In this document: in pieces, positions 45,744-55,606 of the stretch | Layout of the letters: every line of letters begins with the position of its first letter | How positions within the stretch are numbered: position 1 is the stretch's first letter | Assembly (NCBI GenBank): GCA_033762915.1 | Contig: JANRLD010000042.1 | Coordinates: forward strand, 64,001 to 128,000 | DNA: 64,000 bases | Direction: 5' to 3' | From: Meiothermus sp. | Lineage (GTDB): Bacteria; Deinococcota; Deinococci; Deinococcales; Thermaceae | Notes under the pieces: model-generated | Database searches by the model: none | Told to the model about the DNA's origin: nothing | What the model saw: the letters and a program-made list of their open reading frames with translations, nothing else | Program-made: the position numbers and the translations under genes

Positions 45744-47294
45744 TCAATACCGCTCGGTCACGCTCTTCATCTGCAAAAAGTTCAGCAGATAATCCGGCCC
45801 GCCCGCCTTGGTGTCGGTGCCGGAGAGGTTGAACCCGCCGAAGGGCTGGACGCCCACCAGCGCCCCGGTGATCTTGCGGTTGAGGTAGAGGTTGCCCGCC
45901 ATGAACTCGCGCCGGGCGTGCTCGAGGTGCTCTCGCCTGCGGCTGAACACCCCGCCCGTGAGGCCGAAGCGGGTGCCGTTGGCCACCTCCATCGCGCTGT
46001 GGAAGTCCGGAACCCGGATGACCGACAGCACCGGCCCAAAGATCTCCTCCTGGGCAATTCTCGCTTGGGGCGAGACATTGTCGAAGATGGTGGGCTCGAA
46101 GAAGAAGCCGCTGCCCTCGAGCCGCCGCCCGCCCAGCACCAGCTGGCCCTCGCCCCGGCCGATGTCCAGATACTTCTGCACGGTCGCTTCTTGCGCCGCG
46201 CTCGCCACCGGCCCCATGTCGGGGTTGTGGTCGGTCTCGCCCACCGAGAGCTTGGAGGCCCGGGCGATCACCTTTTCCAACAAGGCGTCGTGCACGCCAT
46301 CGGTCACGATCAGGCGGCTGGCGGCGCTGCACTTCTGGCCCTGGAACCCGTACGCACTCTGCACGATGCCCAGGCTGGCGGCCTCGAGGTCGGCCGACTC
46401 GTCGACGATCACCGCGTTCTTGCCGCCGAGCTCGAGGGCGGTGCGCTTGAGCCAGATCTGCCCGGGGGCAGCCTTGGCGGAGTCTTCGTGGATGCGCAGG
46501 CCCACCTCGAGCGAGCCCGTGAAGTTGACGAACCGGATGCGCGGGTGCGAGACCAGATAGGCCCCGATGTCCGAGCCCACGCCGGGCAGGAAGTTCACCA
46601 CCCCTTTAGGGATCCCGGCCTCCTCGAAAATCTCGAACAGCTTGGCCCCCAGCACGATGGTGTCCTCGGCGGGCTTGGCGATGATGGTGTTGCCCACCAC
46701 CACCGGGGCCACGATCATGCCCGCCAGGATGGCAAATGGGAAGTTCCAGGGGGTGATGGCCACGCCCACGCCCAGCGGGATGTAGAAGGCCGAGTTGTCC
46801 TCGCCGGGGTAGTGGGTGACGGGTGCGCCGTCCTTGTACTTCATGGCCTGGGTGGCGTAGTAGACCAGGAAGTCGATGGCCTCGGCGGTCTCAGCGGCGG
46901 CCTCGAAGTAGTTCTTGCCGATCTCCAAGACCATCCAGGCCTCGATCTCGCGCTGCCGCCGCTTCATGATGTGCGCGGCCTTGAGAATCGCCCGGCTGCG
47001 GTCTTCCTGGCTCCACTTGCGCCAGTCCGAGAAGGCCGCCCAGGCGGCGTCGAGGGCGGCGTCGGCGTGGCCGCGGTCGGCCTTGGCGGTGGTGCCGACG
47101 ACCTCGGAGGGTCTCGAGGGGTTGGTGGAGACCAGGCGCTCGGCGGTGTCAATCTTCTCCCCGCCGATGATCAGCGGATAGTGGTGGCCCAGGTGGGCCT
47201 TGACGAACTCGAGCATCTTGCGCATCTCGGCCTGTTTCTCAGGGCTGGTGAAGGGCTCGACGAACTCGGGGCGGTAGGGCTCGGGAGTTAGCAT
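45744..47294 (-). CDS. pruA: L-glutamate gamma-semialdehyde (P5C) dehydrogenase
   Basis: PWNFP, FTGS, ELGGKN, FQGQKCSAASR, EEIFGPV, QPFGGFNLSGT; near proline dehydrogenase. Confidence 0.92.
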   Translation of the reverse strand: MLTPEPYRPEFVEPFTSPEKQAEMRKMLEFVKAHLGHHYPLIIGGEKIDTAERLVSTNPSRPSEVVGTTAKADRGHADAALDAAWAAFSDWRKWSQEDRSRAILKAAHIMKRRQREIEAWMVLEIGKNYFEAAAETAEAIDFLVYYATQAMKYKDGAPVTHYPGEDNSAFYIPLGVGVAITPWNFPFAILAGMIVAPVVVGNTIIAKPAEDTIVLGAKLFEIFEEAGIPKGVVNFLPGVGSDIGAYLVSHPRIRFVNFTGSLEVGLRIHEDSAKAAPGQIWLKRTALELGGKNAVIVDESADLEAASLGIVQSAYGFQGQKCSAASRLIVTDGVHDALLEKVIARASKLSVGETDHNPDMGPVASAAQEATVQKYLDIGRGEGQLVLGGRRLEGSGFFFEPTIFDNVSPQARIAQEEIFGPVLSVIRVPDFHSAMEVANGTRFGLTGGVFSRRREHLEHARREFMAGNLYLNRKITGALVGVQPFGGFNLSGTDTKAGGPDYLLNFLQMKSVTERY

Positions 47295-47388
47295 GTTGGG
47301 CTCCTTTTCTGCTTTGGCGGGCGGGAAGTGGCGGAAGGCGAGGGGAGAGGAACTTTACTCCAGGAACTTCTGAGCGTTCTCGGTCGTG

Positions 47389-48405
47389 CTAAACACTACC
47401 CCTCAAGAAGTCCCGAATGAACCGGTTTTCTTCGGGGCGGTAAGGGGTGCCGTCGGGGTAAAAGATGTCGTGGAACCAGCCGTGCTGGGGGTCGGGGGTG
47501 TCGCCGGGGAGGTTGAGCCAAGAGTACTGGCACTGGGTGCGCCCGTTGACCAAGCCCCACTGGTAACAGCCGACTTGGCGGGCCTTGAAAACCGGCAGTT
47601 GCTCCTGGTACGAGCCTCCCAAGGTGCGGGCCATCCATTCGGTGCAGATCACCGGGCGGCCGTGGCCTTGTAGCCAGGCGATGCGCGCCTCGAGCTGCGG
47701 GGTTTGAAGGTAGCCGTGAAAGCTGATGATGTCGCTGTTCTCGAGGATCACCTGATTGCCCGCCGCGAAGGCGTTGTAGATACAGACCGTCAGTGGTTGG
47801 GCAGGCTCGATCTCCCTGGCCCAGCCGAATACCTGCTGCAAGAACTCCGGCGTGCCTACACCTACGGCGTCCAGCGGCTCGTTGAACAAGTCCCAGATCA
47901 CGACTCTAGAGTCCCGCCCGTACGTCCCCACGAAGTCCTGCACGTAGCTGCGGAGGCCGGGCCGCTCGGCGGGGTCGGAGCCCAGGAAGCGCCCGGGGCA
48001 GGGGGTCCAACTGGGCAGGATCATGCCGGGAATCGGCTCGCGCTGCTTGCCCAGAAAAGGATCAAGCTGACGCGGCCAGCCGAACACGCAGTCGTCGAAC
48101 AGAACCGGCATCACCGTCATGCCCAGTCCGTCGGCGATCTGCAGCAGCCGCTCGAAGCGGGCCTTCAGTCCCTCCGCATCATCCTTCCAGAGCAGGTACT
48201 GCAGGAAGACCCGAATGCTGTTGAAGCCGAGGTCTCGAGCCCAGCCCAGTTCACGGGTTATGGTGGCGAGGTCGAAGCTCTCGGCCTGCCACATCTCGGT
48301 GGAGTTGCAGGCGGTGCTGGGTATGAAGTTGGTTCCCACCAGCCAGGGCTGCCGGGCGTACCAGGCGGCAGCCTTTTCCGCGGACCAGCGGTCGGGCTGC
48401 TTCAC
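47389..48405 (-). CDS. Clan GH-A glycoside hydrolase (GH5-like), no signal peptide
   Basis: RWSAEKAAAWY..QPWLVG.NF, WDLFNEP acid/base, ICTEW nucleophile. Confidence 0.82.
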   Translation of the reverse strand: MKQPDRWSAEKAAAWYARQPWLVGTNFIPSTACNSTEMWQAESFDLATITRELGWARDLGFNSIRVFLQYLLWKDDAEGLKARFERLLQIADGLGMTVMPVLFDDCVFGWPRQLDPFLGKQREPIPGMILPSWTPCPGRFLGSDPAERPGLRSYVQDFVGTYGRDSRVVIWDLFNEPLDAVGVGTPEFLQQVFGWAREIEPAQPLTVCIYNAFAAGNQVILENSDIISFHGYLQTPQLEARIAWLQGHGRPVICTEWMARTLGGSYQEQLPVFKARQVGCYQWGLVNGRTQCQYSWLNLPGDTPDPQHGWFHDIFYPDGTPYRPEENRFIRDFLRGSV

Positions 48406-48413
48406 TGTGGCCA

Positions 48414-48491
48414 GGCCTTTCGTCGCGGGACGGCGTGGGGCTCGACTAATGCGGGGCGGCAGGGCTCGGGGGTTGGCATTTGGCTCCTTTC
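48414..48491 (-). repeat. Degenerate duplicate of the pruA RBS and first ~22 codons
   Basis: AAAGGAGCC..ATGCCAACCCCCGAGCCCTGCCGCCCC..GTCGAGCCC versus pruA AAAGGAGCC..ATGCTAACTCCCGAGCCCTACCGCCCC..GTCGAGCCC. Confidence 0.75.
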
Positions 48492-48573
48492 GGTCGTGGC
48501 GGTGACTGCGGCACAAGCGCTGGGTCGGGCGTCAAGGGCTGCGGATGAGAGTACGGGCGTCCGGCGGTGCGCC

Positions 48574-48978
48574 TTATCCGGCCCTCGAGGCCGCTTGGAC
48601 GAGGTGTCCGGCGGCCTCGAGGGCCGCCACCGTCCGTTCCAAGTTCTCCGTTTTCACCAACAGATAGTCGGTGTTGAAGGTCGAGACCGCGAAGATGCCG
48701 ACCTCGGCGCGGGCCAGCGGCTCAAGCACCGACGAGAGGATGCCGGTTTGGTCGAAGGCGAAGGGGCCTTGGAACTTGAAGCAGCGCCAGCCGCCGTCGG
48801 TCTTGACGCCGGAGGGTACTCGAGCCTCGAGGCAGACCACCGAGAGTTCTTCCTCGGTTCGGCCAATGCTCACGAAGCCCTCGCCGTCGGCCCAACTCGG
48901 GACAGGAGCGGCGGGGGAGAGCTGAGAGACGGCGTAGAGGCCGGGGAGAAGCTCGAGGTGGATGCTCTTGCCCGCCAT
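48574..48978 (-). CDS. ACT domain-containing protein
   Basis: RTEEELSVVC, GWRC, GP..F..TGIL, IFAVSTFNTDYLLV. Confidence 0.85.
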   Translation of the reverse strand: MAGKSIHLELLPGLYAVSQLSPAAPVPSWADGEGFVSIGRTEEELSVVCLEARVPSGVKTDGGWRCFKFQGPFAFDQTGILSSVLEPLARAEVGIFAVSTFNTDYLLVKTENLERTVAALEAAGHLVQAASRAG

Positions 48979-48980
48979 AC

Positions 48981-49904
48981 TCACCCCTGCACCAGGCTCC
49001 GTGCAACAAAAATCAGGTTCTCGGGTCGCTCGGCGATGCGCCTGCTGAGGTAGGGATACCAGTCGGTGCCGTACGGCACGTAGGCCCGCACGGTGTAGCC
49101 CTCGGCGGCCAGCTTCTTCTGCTCGTCGCGGCGGACGCCGTAGAGGAGCTGGAACTCGAACTTGTCCTTGCCGATGCCGCGCTCGGCGGTCCAGCGTTTG
49201 AACTCCTCGAGGATGTAGGGGTCGTGCGAGGCGATGGCGGTGTAGAGGCCGGCCTCGAGCATCTTCTTGGCCAACACCACGTACTGCGCGTCGATGATGC
49301 GCTTGTCCTGGAAGGCCGCCGCCTCGGGCTCCTTGTAGGCCCCCTTGACAATGCGAACCGCGGGCTTCAAGGGGAGCAACTCCTCGAGGTCGCGCTCGGT
49401 GCGCTTGAGATAGCTTTGCAGCACGACGCCCACGTTATCGAACCCGGCCTCGCGCAGCCGCCGGTAGACGCGCAGGGTGGCGTCCACGCGGGGGCTGTCC
49501 TCCATGTCAATTCGCACGAAGCAGTCCAGCTTTTTTGCCTCGGCCAATATCTCTGAGAGCAGCGAAAAGGTCAGGTCTTCGGAGAGGTCCAGCCCGACCT
49601 GCGTGGGCTTGAGGGCCACGTACTTGGGGTGGGGCCGGGTGCCGAACTCGCGCACCAGACGGATGATCTCGGCCTGGAACTTCCTCGAGTCCTCCTCACT
49701 GCTCACCATCTCGCCCAGCAGGTCGAGGATGGCATGAACCTTGTCCTGCTCCAGCACCTCCACCGCTTTGAGGGCCTCCTCGAGGGTGTCGCCCGCGACG
49801 AAGCGCCTCGAGAAGTTCTTGCCCCTGGTCATCACCAGATTCTTGAAAGTGGGGTTCTGGGCCATGGCCAGAACGAAGGAGCGGTAGCTTTGGTTGAGGT
49901 CCAT
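48981..49904 (-). CDS. putB: Proline dehydrogenase (monofunctional)
   Basis: [52 protein letters not shown]. Confidence 0.92.
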   Translation of the reverse strand: MDLNQSYRSFVLAMAQNPTFKNLVMTRGKNFSRRFVAGDTLEEALKAVEVLEQDKVHAILDLLGEMVSSEEDSRKFQAEIIRLVREFGTRPHPKYVALKPTQVGLDLSEDLTFSLLSEILAEAKKLDCFVRIDMEDSPRVDATLRVYRRLREAGFDNVGVVLQSYLKRTERDLEELLPLKPAVRIVKGAYKEPEAAAFQDKRIIDAQYVVLAKKMLEAGLYTAIASHDPYILEEFKRWTAERGIGKDKFEFQLLYGVRRDEQKKLAAEGYTVRAYVPYGTDWYPYLSRRIAERPENLIFVARSLVQG

Positions 49905-49910
49905 CGGTCG

Positions 49911-50630
49911 TCACCGTCCTCGAGGCCCCAGGGCCCCGGTCTGAACCGCCTCGAGCCTGTCCAGCGCGGCCTCGGCACTCTCGAGTACGCTGTCCATGTT
50001 GCTGAGCACGATCTCCATGAAGTGCACCACGTGGGTCTTGGCAGCGTAGGCGGCTTGCTCGGGGTTGCGCTCGCGTAGCGCCCGCAGGATTTGGTGGTGC
50101 TGGTGTCGGGTCTTGGGGTGTTGTGAGAGGGTCTGCTGGTAGGAGCGCACCAGGGCCAGGCTCGACCTCAGGTCGCCGTAGACCCGAGCCAGGGCCTGGT
50201 TGTGGGCGGCTCCCACCAGTGCGGCGTGGAAGTCGAAGTCCACCCGCATCTGCGCGGCGAAGCCCTCGGCAGGGAGGCGGTCGAGTTGGGTCAGGTGGTG
50301 CTCCAGGGCCTCGAGTTCGGCCCCGTCGGCCCGCTCGGCGGCCAGGCGCGCGGCCTCGCCCTCGAGCATGGCCCGCACCTCGTAGACCTCGCGCACCTCG
50401 CCCGCCGAGAGCACGCGAACCCGGGCCCCCTTGGCTGGGGTCAGCTCGACCAGCCCCTCCTGGCTCAGCCGTTGCAGTGCCTCGCGCACGGGGGTGCGGC
50501 TGACGCCCAGCTGCTCGGCTAGGTTGGGCTCGGAGATGCGGGTCCCGGGCAGTAAGGTTCCCTGCAAAATCGCGTCGCGCAGGTGGCCGTAGGCGGCCTC
50601 GCGCACCGAGTTCGGGCGTTGAAATGCCAT
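49911..50630 (-). CDS. GntR-family regulator leading the proline utilisation operon
   Basis: E..LAEQLGVSRTPVREAL; FCD domain; TGTATAC repeats immediately upstream. Confidence 0.9.
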   Translation of the reverse strand: MAFQRPNSVREAAYGHLRDAILQGTLLPGTRISEPNLAEQLGVSRTPVREALQRLSQEGLVELTPAKGARVRVLSAGEVREVYEVRAMLEGEAARLAAERADGAELEALEHHLTQLDRLPAEGFAAQMRVDFDFHAALVGAAHNQALARVYGDLRSSLALVRSYQQTLSQHPKTRHQHHQILRALRERNPEQAAYAAKTHVVHFMEIVLSNMDSVLESAEAALDRLEAVQTGALGPRGR

Positions 50631-50810
50631 AAATTGTATACAGTATACAGTCGGATGTGCGGATTGGCAAGATTGGTGTAGAATCAGGAGGCAAGAGCAA
50701 AGCATGTCATCGGACCGAGGCGCTAGGGTAGTAGCCCCGCTTTTTACGTCTTTGTCACACCCTCCCGGCTAAGGTAGTGTGGGTTCTCTTGCCCATAAGG
50801 GAGGTTAGGT

Positions 50811-51248
50811 ATGAAAATCTGGACACAGATGGCAGGGATGCTGATGGTGCTGGCCCTGGCGGCTTGCTCGAGCGGACCCAAGACCACCTTCGCCGCGACC
50901 CTCAGCGGGGCCAACGAGCGACCCAGCCCGGTCACCACCTCGGCCACCGGCTCGGTGACATTGGCGCTCAACGAGGCGGCCAAGTCGATTACGGTGACGG
51001 GAAGCTATTCGGGTATGGTCGTCGACACCAGCATCGCTCAGACCGGGGCCCACATCCACGGTCCCATCGGCAAGGACGGGACCGCCGGGGTGCTGTTCGC
51101 CCTGACCGCTAACAACACCGGCAACACCATCTCTGGCACTTTCACCGTCACCGACCAGCAGATCGCCGACCTGCGGGCCGGCCTGTGGTACGTCAACCTG
51201 CACAGCAGCACCAACCGAGGCGGCGAGATCCGCGGCCAGCTCGAGTAA
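50811..51248 (+). CDS. CHRD domain lipoprotein
   Basis: Lipobox LAAC; AHIH, YVNLHS, GEIRGQL. Confidence 0.88.
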   Translation: MKIWTQMAGMLMVLALAACSSGPKTTFAATLSGANERPSPVTTSATGSVTLALNEAAKSITVTGSYSGMVVDTSIAQTGAHIHGPIGKDGTAGVLFALTANNTGNTISGTFTVTDQQIADLRAGLWYVNLHSSTNRGGEIRGQLE

Positions 51249-51297
51249 GCCCTCAGCTGTTCGGCCCCGCCCCCGGGCGGGGCGTATCATTGGGCCT

Positions 51298-51903
51298 GTG
51301 ACCCGCATCGATCACCTCGTCGTCGCCGCCCGCACCCTGGCCGAAGGCGTCAGGTACGTCGAAGACGCCCTGGGCGTGGGCATGCCGCAGGCGGGCGGCA
51401 AGCACCCGCTGATGGGCACCCACAACCGTCTGATGAGTCTGGGCGGCGGGGCATACCTCGAGGTCATCGCGCCCGACCCCGACGCACCCGACCCTGGTCG
51501 CCCCCGCTGGTTCGACCTCGACCGCTTCCGCCAGCCGCCGAGGCTGGTCACCTGGGTCGCGCGCGCGGACGACCTCGAGCGCCACGCCGCGCTCAACCTC
51601 GGAACCACACACAAGGCCAGCCGGGGCAGCCTCGAGTGGCTGATCGCCCTCCCCGAAGACGGCCGGCTACACCACGGGGGCGCGGTGCCGTACCTGATCC
51701 AGTGGGGCGCAGCTCACCCCACCGACGCCATGCCGGACTCGAGGTGTCGGCTCGAGAAGCTGACGGCTCACGCCTCAAACCCTTCCGAGGTCGAGGGCAT
51801 CTGGCGTCGGTTGGGCCTGGAGGACGGGCGGCTGGAGTGCACCGAAGGGAGTCCCGGCCTGGCTGCACTGATCCACACCCCGGGGGGGCCCAAGCTTCTC
51901 TAG
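51298..51903 (+). CDS. VOC/glyoxalase-like protein
   Basis: IDHLVV, GGKH..MGTHN.L, YLEVIA.DP, P.LIQW. Confidence 0.85.
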   Translation: MTRIDHLVVAARTLAEGVRYVEDALGVGMPQAGGKHPLMGTHNRLMSLGGGAYLEVIAPDPDAPDPGRPRWFDLDRFRQPPRLVTWVARADDLERHAALNLGTTHKASRGSLEWLIALPEDGRLHHGGAVPYLIQWGAAHPTDAMPDSRCRLEKLTAHASNPSEVEGIWRRLGLEDGRLECTEGSPGLAALIHTPGGPKLL

Positions 51904-52005
51904 AGCGGTTCCCACGCATACTCCTTACGGCGCTAAAGCGGGTGGTTTTTGCTGTAGGGAGTACATTACCTGCCGCCGCGAGGGAGGTAATGCTGGGAAA
52001 CGCTA
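51903..52005 (+). mobile_element. MITE-like repeat, type A, TA-flanked; its junction forms the upstream gene's TAG stop
   Basis: TA|GAGCGGTTCCCA...TGGGAAACGCTA|TA. Confidence 0.78.
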
Positions 52006-52014
52006 TAAAGCACC

Positions 52015-52040
52015 AAAAACCCCCTCCCGTCGGGAGGGGG
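52015..52040 (-). terminator. Intrinsic terminator downstream of rpoZ
   Basis: CCCCCTCCC-N3-GGGAGGGGG stem followed by TTTTT on the minus strand. Confidence 0.6.
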
Positions 52041-52055
52041 TCGGGGGAGGGTAGC

Positions 52056-52364
52056 TCACTCCGCCGGCTCGATGACCTCGCGGGGGTACTGCTGGTCGAG
52101 GTACTTGGTCAGGCGATCTTCGGAGAGGATGCCCTCGCCGAGTTGCAGCCGCCCGCTCTGGAGTTCTTTCATGGCCCAGGTGACGGCGTTGGGGTCGGAC
52201 TTCTCGCCCTCGATGGTGCGCATCCGGGGCAACTCTGGGTTGTCGAGGACGGTGTTCCTGAAGTCGTAGCGGAGAAGCTGCTGGGCGCGCTTGGCGGTCA
52301 CCACGGTGAGGCGGTACTTGGAGTCGGTGAGGCCGAGCAGGGTGTCAATTCCGGGTTCTGCCAT
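52056..52364 (-). CDS. rpoZ: DNA-directed RNA polymerase subunit omega
   Basis: MAEPGID.L....[26 protein letters not shown]. Confidence 0.95.
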   Translation of the reverse strand: MAEPGIDTLLGLTDSKYRLTVVTAKRAQQLLRYDFRNTVLDNPELPRMRTIEGEKSDPNAVTWAMKELQSGRLQLGEGILSEDRLTKYLDQQYPREVIEPAE

Positions 52365-52503
52365 TGGGGGTCTCCTGTTCCAACACAACTAAATAAAGAT
52401 TGTACACCAAAACCGCCAAGGGCGAGCCGGCAATTGCGGGGATTCGCATCGGCGCGGCGGGAGGCGCTTGGGGTTGAAATCCGCTGATGGCTCGGGCCTG
52501 CCC

Positions 52504-54237
52504 TCACCTTGTGTTGGCCGCCAGTCCCGCGCCGTCCAGCCGGTACACCACCAGGTTGATGGGCAGGAAAGAGCCGGAGGCGGGGATCAGCTCGAGTTCC
52601 ACCGTGTCCAGGTGGGTCTCCCTGAACAGGATCATGGGGGTGTTGGGGCGGAAGAGGACACCGTTCTCGGGGACGGGCTTGAGCCGCCCGTTGACCGAGA
52701 TCGCACCCGCATACATGCCGCCTCTGGGCGAGAAGGCCCCCACCGTCCCGGCGGCCCCTTCGAGGCTGATCCGGTAGGTCACGCCGTAGTTGCCCCGCAG
52801 CCGCACCGGCTGGTAGGTCAGGGCGTCGAGGCCCTCCATGTGGGGGTCGTAGATGCCGTCGCCGATGATCACCCGGCCCGTGTTACCTTCCATGCGCACC
52901 TTGAGGTCGCGCTGGGCGCTGGGGAAAGTGCCCCGGATGTGGACGCCGTCGGGATCGAGGGGCGCGAGGCTGGCCAGCAGGTCGGGCCAGGCGTCGGGGC
53001 CGCTGCCGGGGGCGGGGATCAGCTCTTCCTCGACCATGGCGAAGGTGAGCTGCACCCGGCCTGTGGAGGCCAGGTCGGCCATCAGGTTGAGGCCTTGGCC
53101 TTGGCCCAGGCTCGAGGAGCTGAACAGCACCAGGGTGCGGCTGGGCTCGAGCCAGAGCTGGTAGCGCTGGCTCGAGAAGAGGAAGTCCATCAGGCTGGTC
53201 TGGCCCAGCACCGAGACCACCCGCGTGGAGGCAGTCTCGCCCAGCCGCTCGACCCGCAGGCTGAGGGGCTGGGTGTCCACATTGGTGGCCAGTACTACCA
53301 GCCGGGCTGGGGCCGGGTTGGGGTTGACGTGGTAGGCCAGCGCCCGGGCCTGACCGCTGAACTCGTCGGCGTAGAGGATTCCGGTGCGGTCGGGCTCCTC
53401 GGGGGAGTTGGAGACGATCAGGGGGATTTCGGCGTCCTGGCGGTAGGTGGTGAGGGGGGGATAGTCCAGCACCGCGTCATCGGTAAAGGTGCGGCCGACC
53501 TCGAGGTGGCGCAGCGCGAAGTCGCGGGGGCTGTACATCACTTCCGGCAGCACGTTGATCCGCACCGTGTAGGGCAAGCTGCTGCGTCCGGCGCGGTTGG
53601 TCACTACCAGGGTGATCTCCTTGGGGCCGGGGGTGAAGTAAGCCTGCTCGAGGCCGGTGTAGTCGAAGAGGATCGGCTGACCGTCGGGGTCGTGGGAGTA
53701 CTCGATCAGCCGCACCGGCTCGCCCAGGCGGTACTCGCGTTTGTCGGTGGCGAAGCGGGCTACCGGCAGGCTGGTGTCGCGGGCGTTCAGCCCTGGAACG
53801 TAGGTCAGGGTCAGCAGCCGCTGCACCCCGTCAAAGGCCAGGGTCAGGCCCAAACTCTGCTCGAGCGCCCGCGCCGCCACGAAGAAGGTGCCGTCCACCA
53901 CCGCTCCCACCTCCGCCAGGGGCAATTGCCGCCCGTTCAGCCTTGCCAGGCCGACCTGCGGGTAGACCTCGAGCCGCCCCATCCGCAGCCCCCCGCCCAC
54001 CTCGTTGCGCAGGTTCTCGGTGGGGACGCGGAGCGCCCGGGCGGCCTCGCGCAGCGGGAGCAGGGCGCGCCCGCCCTCCATCCGGGCCGGGGGCGCGAAG
54101 GCAATTGGGACGCCGTTCAAGTACGTCGAACCGCTGTCCAGGTCAAGAACCAGCTGCCGCGTGGGGACACTTTGTGCCGAGACCGACGAGAGAATTGACC
54201 AGAAAACCACGAATTTCACGACGCGCAGCCACTTCAC
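52504..54237 (-). CDS. Secreted protein with copper amine oxidase N-terminal (stalk)-like domain, Ig/PKD-like segment and uncharacterised C-terminal domain
   Basis: Signal-like start; GRALLPLRE..ALR, FVAARALEQSLG; PVARFATDK; SNSPE, H.RGTF, L.GNYGV.Y; start codon uncertain. Confidence 0.7.
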   Translation of the reverse strand: MKWLRVVKFVVFWSILSSVSAQSVPTRQLVLDLDSGSTYLNGVPIAFAPPARMEGGRALLPLREAARALRVPTENLRNEVGGGLRMGRLEVYPQVGLARLNGRQLPLAEVGAVVDGTFFVAARALEQSLGLTLAFDGVQRLLTLTYVPGLNARDTSLPVARFATDKREYRLGEPVRLIEYSHDPDGQPILFDYTGLEQAYFTPGPKEITLVVTNRAGRSSLPYTVRINVLPEVMYSPRDFALRHLEVGRTFTDDAVLDYPPLTTYRQDAEIPLIVSNSPEEPDRTGILYADEFSGQARALAYHVNPNPAPARLVVLATNVDTQPLSLRVERLGETASTRVVSVLGQTSLMDFLFSSQRYQLWLEPSRTLVLFSSSSLGQGQGLNLMADLASTGRVQLTFAMVEEELIPAPGSGPDAWPDLLASLAPLDPDGVHIRGTFPSAQRDLKVRMEGNTGRVIIGDGIYDPHMEGLDALTYQPVRLRGNYGVTYRISLEGAAGTVGAFSPRGGMYAGAISVNGRLKPVPENGVLFRPNTPMILFRETHLDTVELELIPASGSFLPINLVVYRLDGAGLAANTR

Positions 54238-54345
54238 AACCCTAGAGGATAGCAGATGGTCGGGTAAAAGAGTAGGAAAAATGCCGGGCGGGGTTGGGAG
54301 ATTCTTGAGCTGTGGGTAGTCGGGAGGGTCCGACCGCAACTTTAA

Positions 54346-54407
54346 CTTTCGTCTAGCTTTCGTTATGCCGGATTTAGATTGACAAACGAAACAAGTGTCC
54401 ATAGAAT
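54346..54407 (+). promoter_or_regulatory. iol operon promoter with upstream direct repeat
   Basis: TTGACA(54379)-N17-TAGAAT(54402); CTTTCGT at 54346 and 54357. Confidence 0.6.
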
Positions 54408-54556
54408 GGCCCAGACCACGACAGTCAACGCGTCGCCCCGGCGGGCCGATGGGGGCCTGGGGGCTCGAGGTGGTCGGGGAGGGTCGCTCGAGCGGCGCTC
54501 TAGGTCGGGTTCGCCCGCCATTGAGCCTGGGCGCGGCCTGTAAAGGAGTATCCACG

Positions 54557-55567
54557 ATGAGGGAAACGGTCGGAGTGGCATTTATCGGCGCTGGGCGGAT
54601 GGGTCTGTCGCACGCCCGCACACTGGGCGGCATCCCCGCCGCGCGGGTGGTGGTGGTGGCCGACCCCGATTTAGAGGCCGCCCGGAGGGGCCAGGCCCTG
54701 TGCGGTGCCGAGACTGCGACCTCGGACATAGACGCTGCCATCGGCGCACCCGGCGTCGAGGCGGTGATGATCGTCACCCCCACCAATACCCACGCCGCCC
54801 TGATCCAGAAGGCCGCCAGGGCGGGCAAGGCGGTCTGGTGCGAGAAGCCTATCGCCCTCACGTTGGCCGAGACCCAGCAGACCTTGGAGGTCGTCGAGGC
54901 CGCGGGCGTACCCTGCCAGATCGGCTTCCAGCGCCGCTACGACCCCGGCTACGCGCAGGCCCGGCGGCTGATCGAGGAGGGCAAACTGGGCAAGCTCGAG
55001 GCCTTCCGCGCCCTGAGCCGCGACACCTACCTCCCCTCCCCGCAGTCGCTGCCGCCCAGCGGGGGGACCTTCCTGGACATGAGCGTGCACGACTTCGACC
55101 TAGCCCGCTTCCTGGTAGGCGAGGTGGAGGAAGTGAGTGCCTGGGGGGCGGTGTTGGCCCATCCGATGTTCGCCGACGCCGACGACTGCGACACCGCCGT
55201 GTGCATGCTGCGCTTCGAGAGCGGGGTGCTGGGTGTGGTCGAGGCCGCGCGGCACTCCAACTGGGGCTACGACATCCGCACCGAGGTGGCGGGCTCGGAG
55301 GGCAAGGTGGTCATCGAGGCCCCGCCTAAGACCCCCCTCCAGCACTTCACCGGCTTCCAGAACCACACCGACGTTTACCTCAACTTCCCCGACCGCTTCG
55401 AGCAGGCCTACCGCAGCCAGATGGAGGCGTTTTTCGACGCGCTGCTGCAAGGCAAAACGCCCACGCCCGGGCCGAGGGACGCCCTCGAGACCCTGCGCAT
55501 ATGCCTCGCGGCCAAGCAGAGCTGGAAGCAGGGCCGCCCGGTTAAGGTCAGAGAGGTGCGGGATTGA
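54557..55567 (+). CDS. iolG: Gfo/Idh/MocA inositol dehydrogenase-like protein (paralogue 1)
   Basis: GAGRMG, CEKP, GFQRRYD, SGG.F.DMSVHDFD, GYD.R.EV. Confidence 0.8.
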   Translation: MRETVGVAFIGAGRMGLSHARTLGGIPAARVVVVADPDLEAARRGQALCGAETATSDIDAAIGAPGVEAVMIVTPTNTHAALIQKAARAGKAVWCEKPIALTLAETQQTLEVVEAAGVPCQIGFQRRYDPGYAQARRLIEEGKLGKLEAFRALSRDTYLPSPQSLPPSGGTFLDMSVHDFDLARFLVGEVEEVSAWGAVLAHPMFADADDCDTAVCMLRFESGVLGVVEAARHSNWGYDIRTEVAGSEGKVVIEAPPKTPLQHFTGFQNHTDVYLNFPDRFEQAYRSQMEAFFDALLQGKTPTPGPRDALETLRICLAAKQSWKQGRPVKVREVRD

Positions 55568-55606
55568 GGCGGAAGCCTAAGGGTTGAAAGCAAAATCCTG
55601 GATGAC

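Noticed and set aside
5725..52005. MITE copies read as CRISPR repeats, tRNAs or small proteins (e.g. ORFs 38523-38780, 23186-23518)
   Set aside because: Dispersed in both orientations with no repeat-spacer array, cas genes or cloverleaf; the ORFs are translations of the repeat
54238..54861. N-terminal 208 aa of the 785-aa ORF
   Set aside because: Overlaps the iol promoter and the first iolG on the other strand; the real start is near 54237
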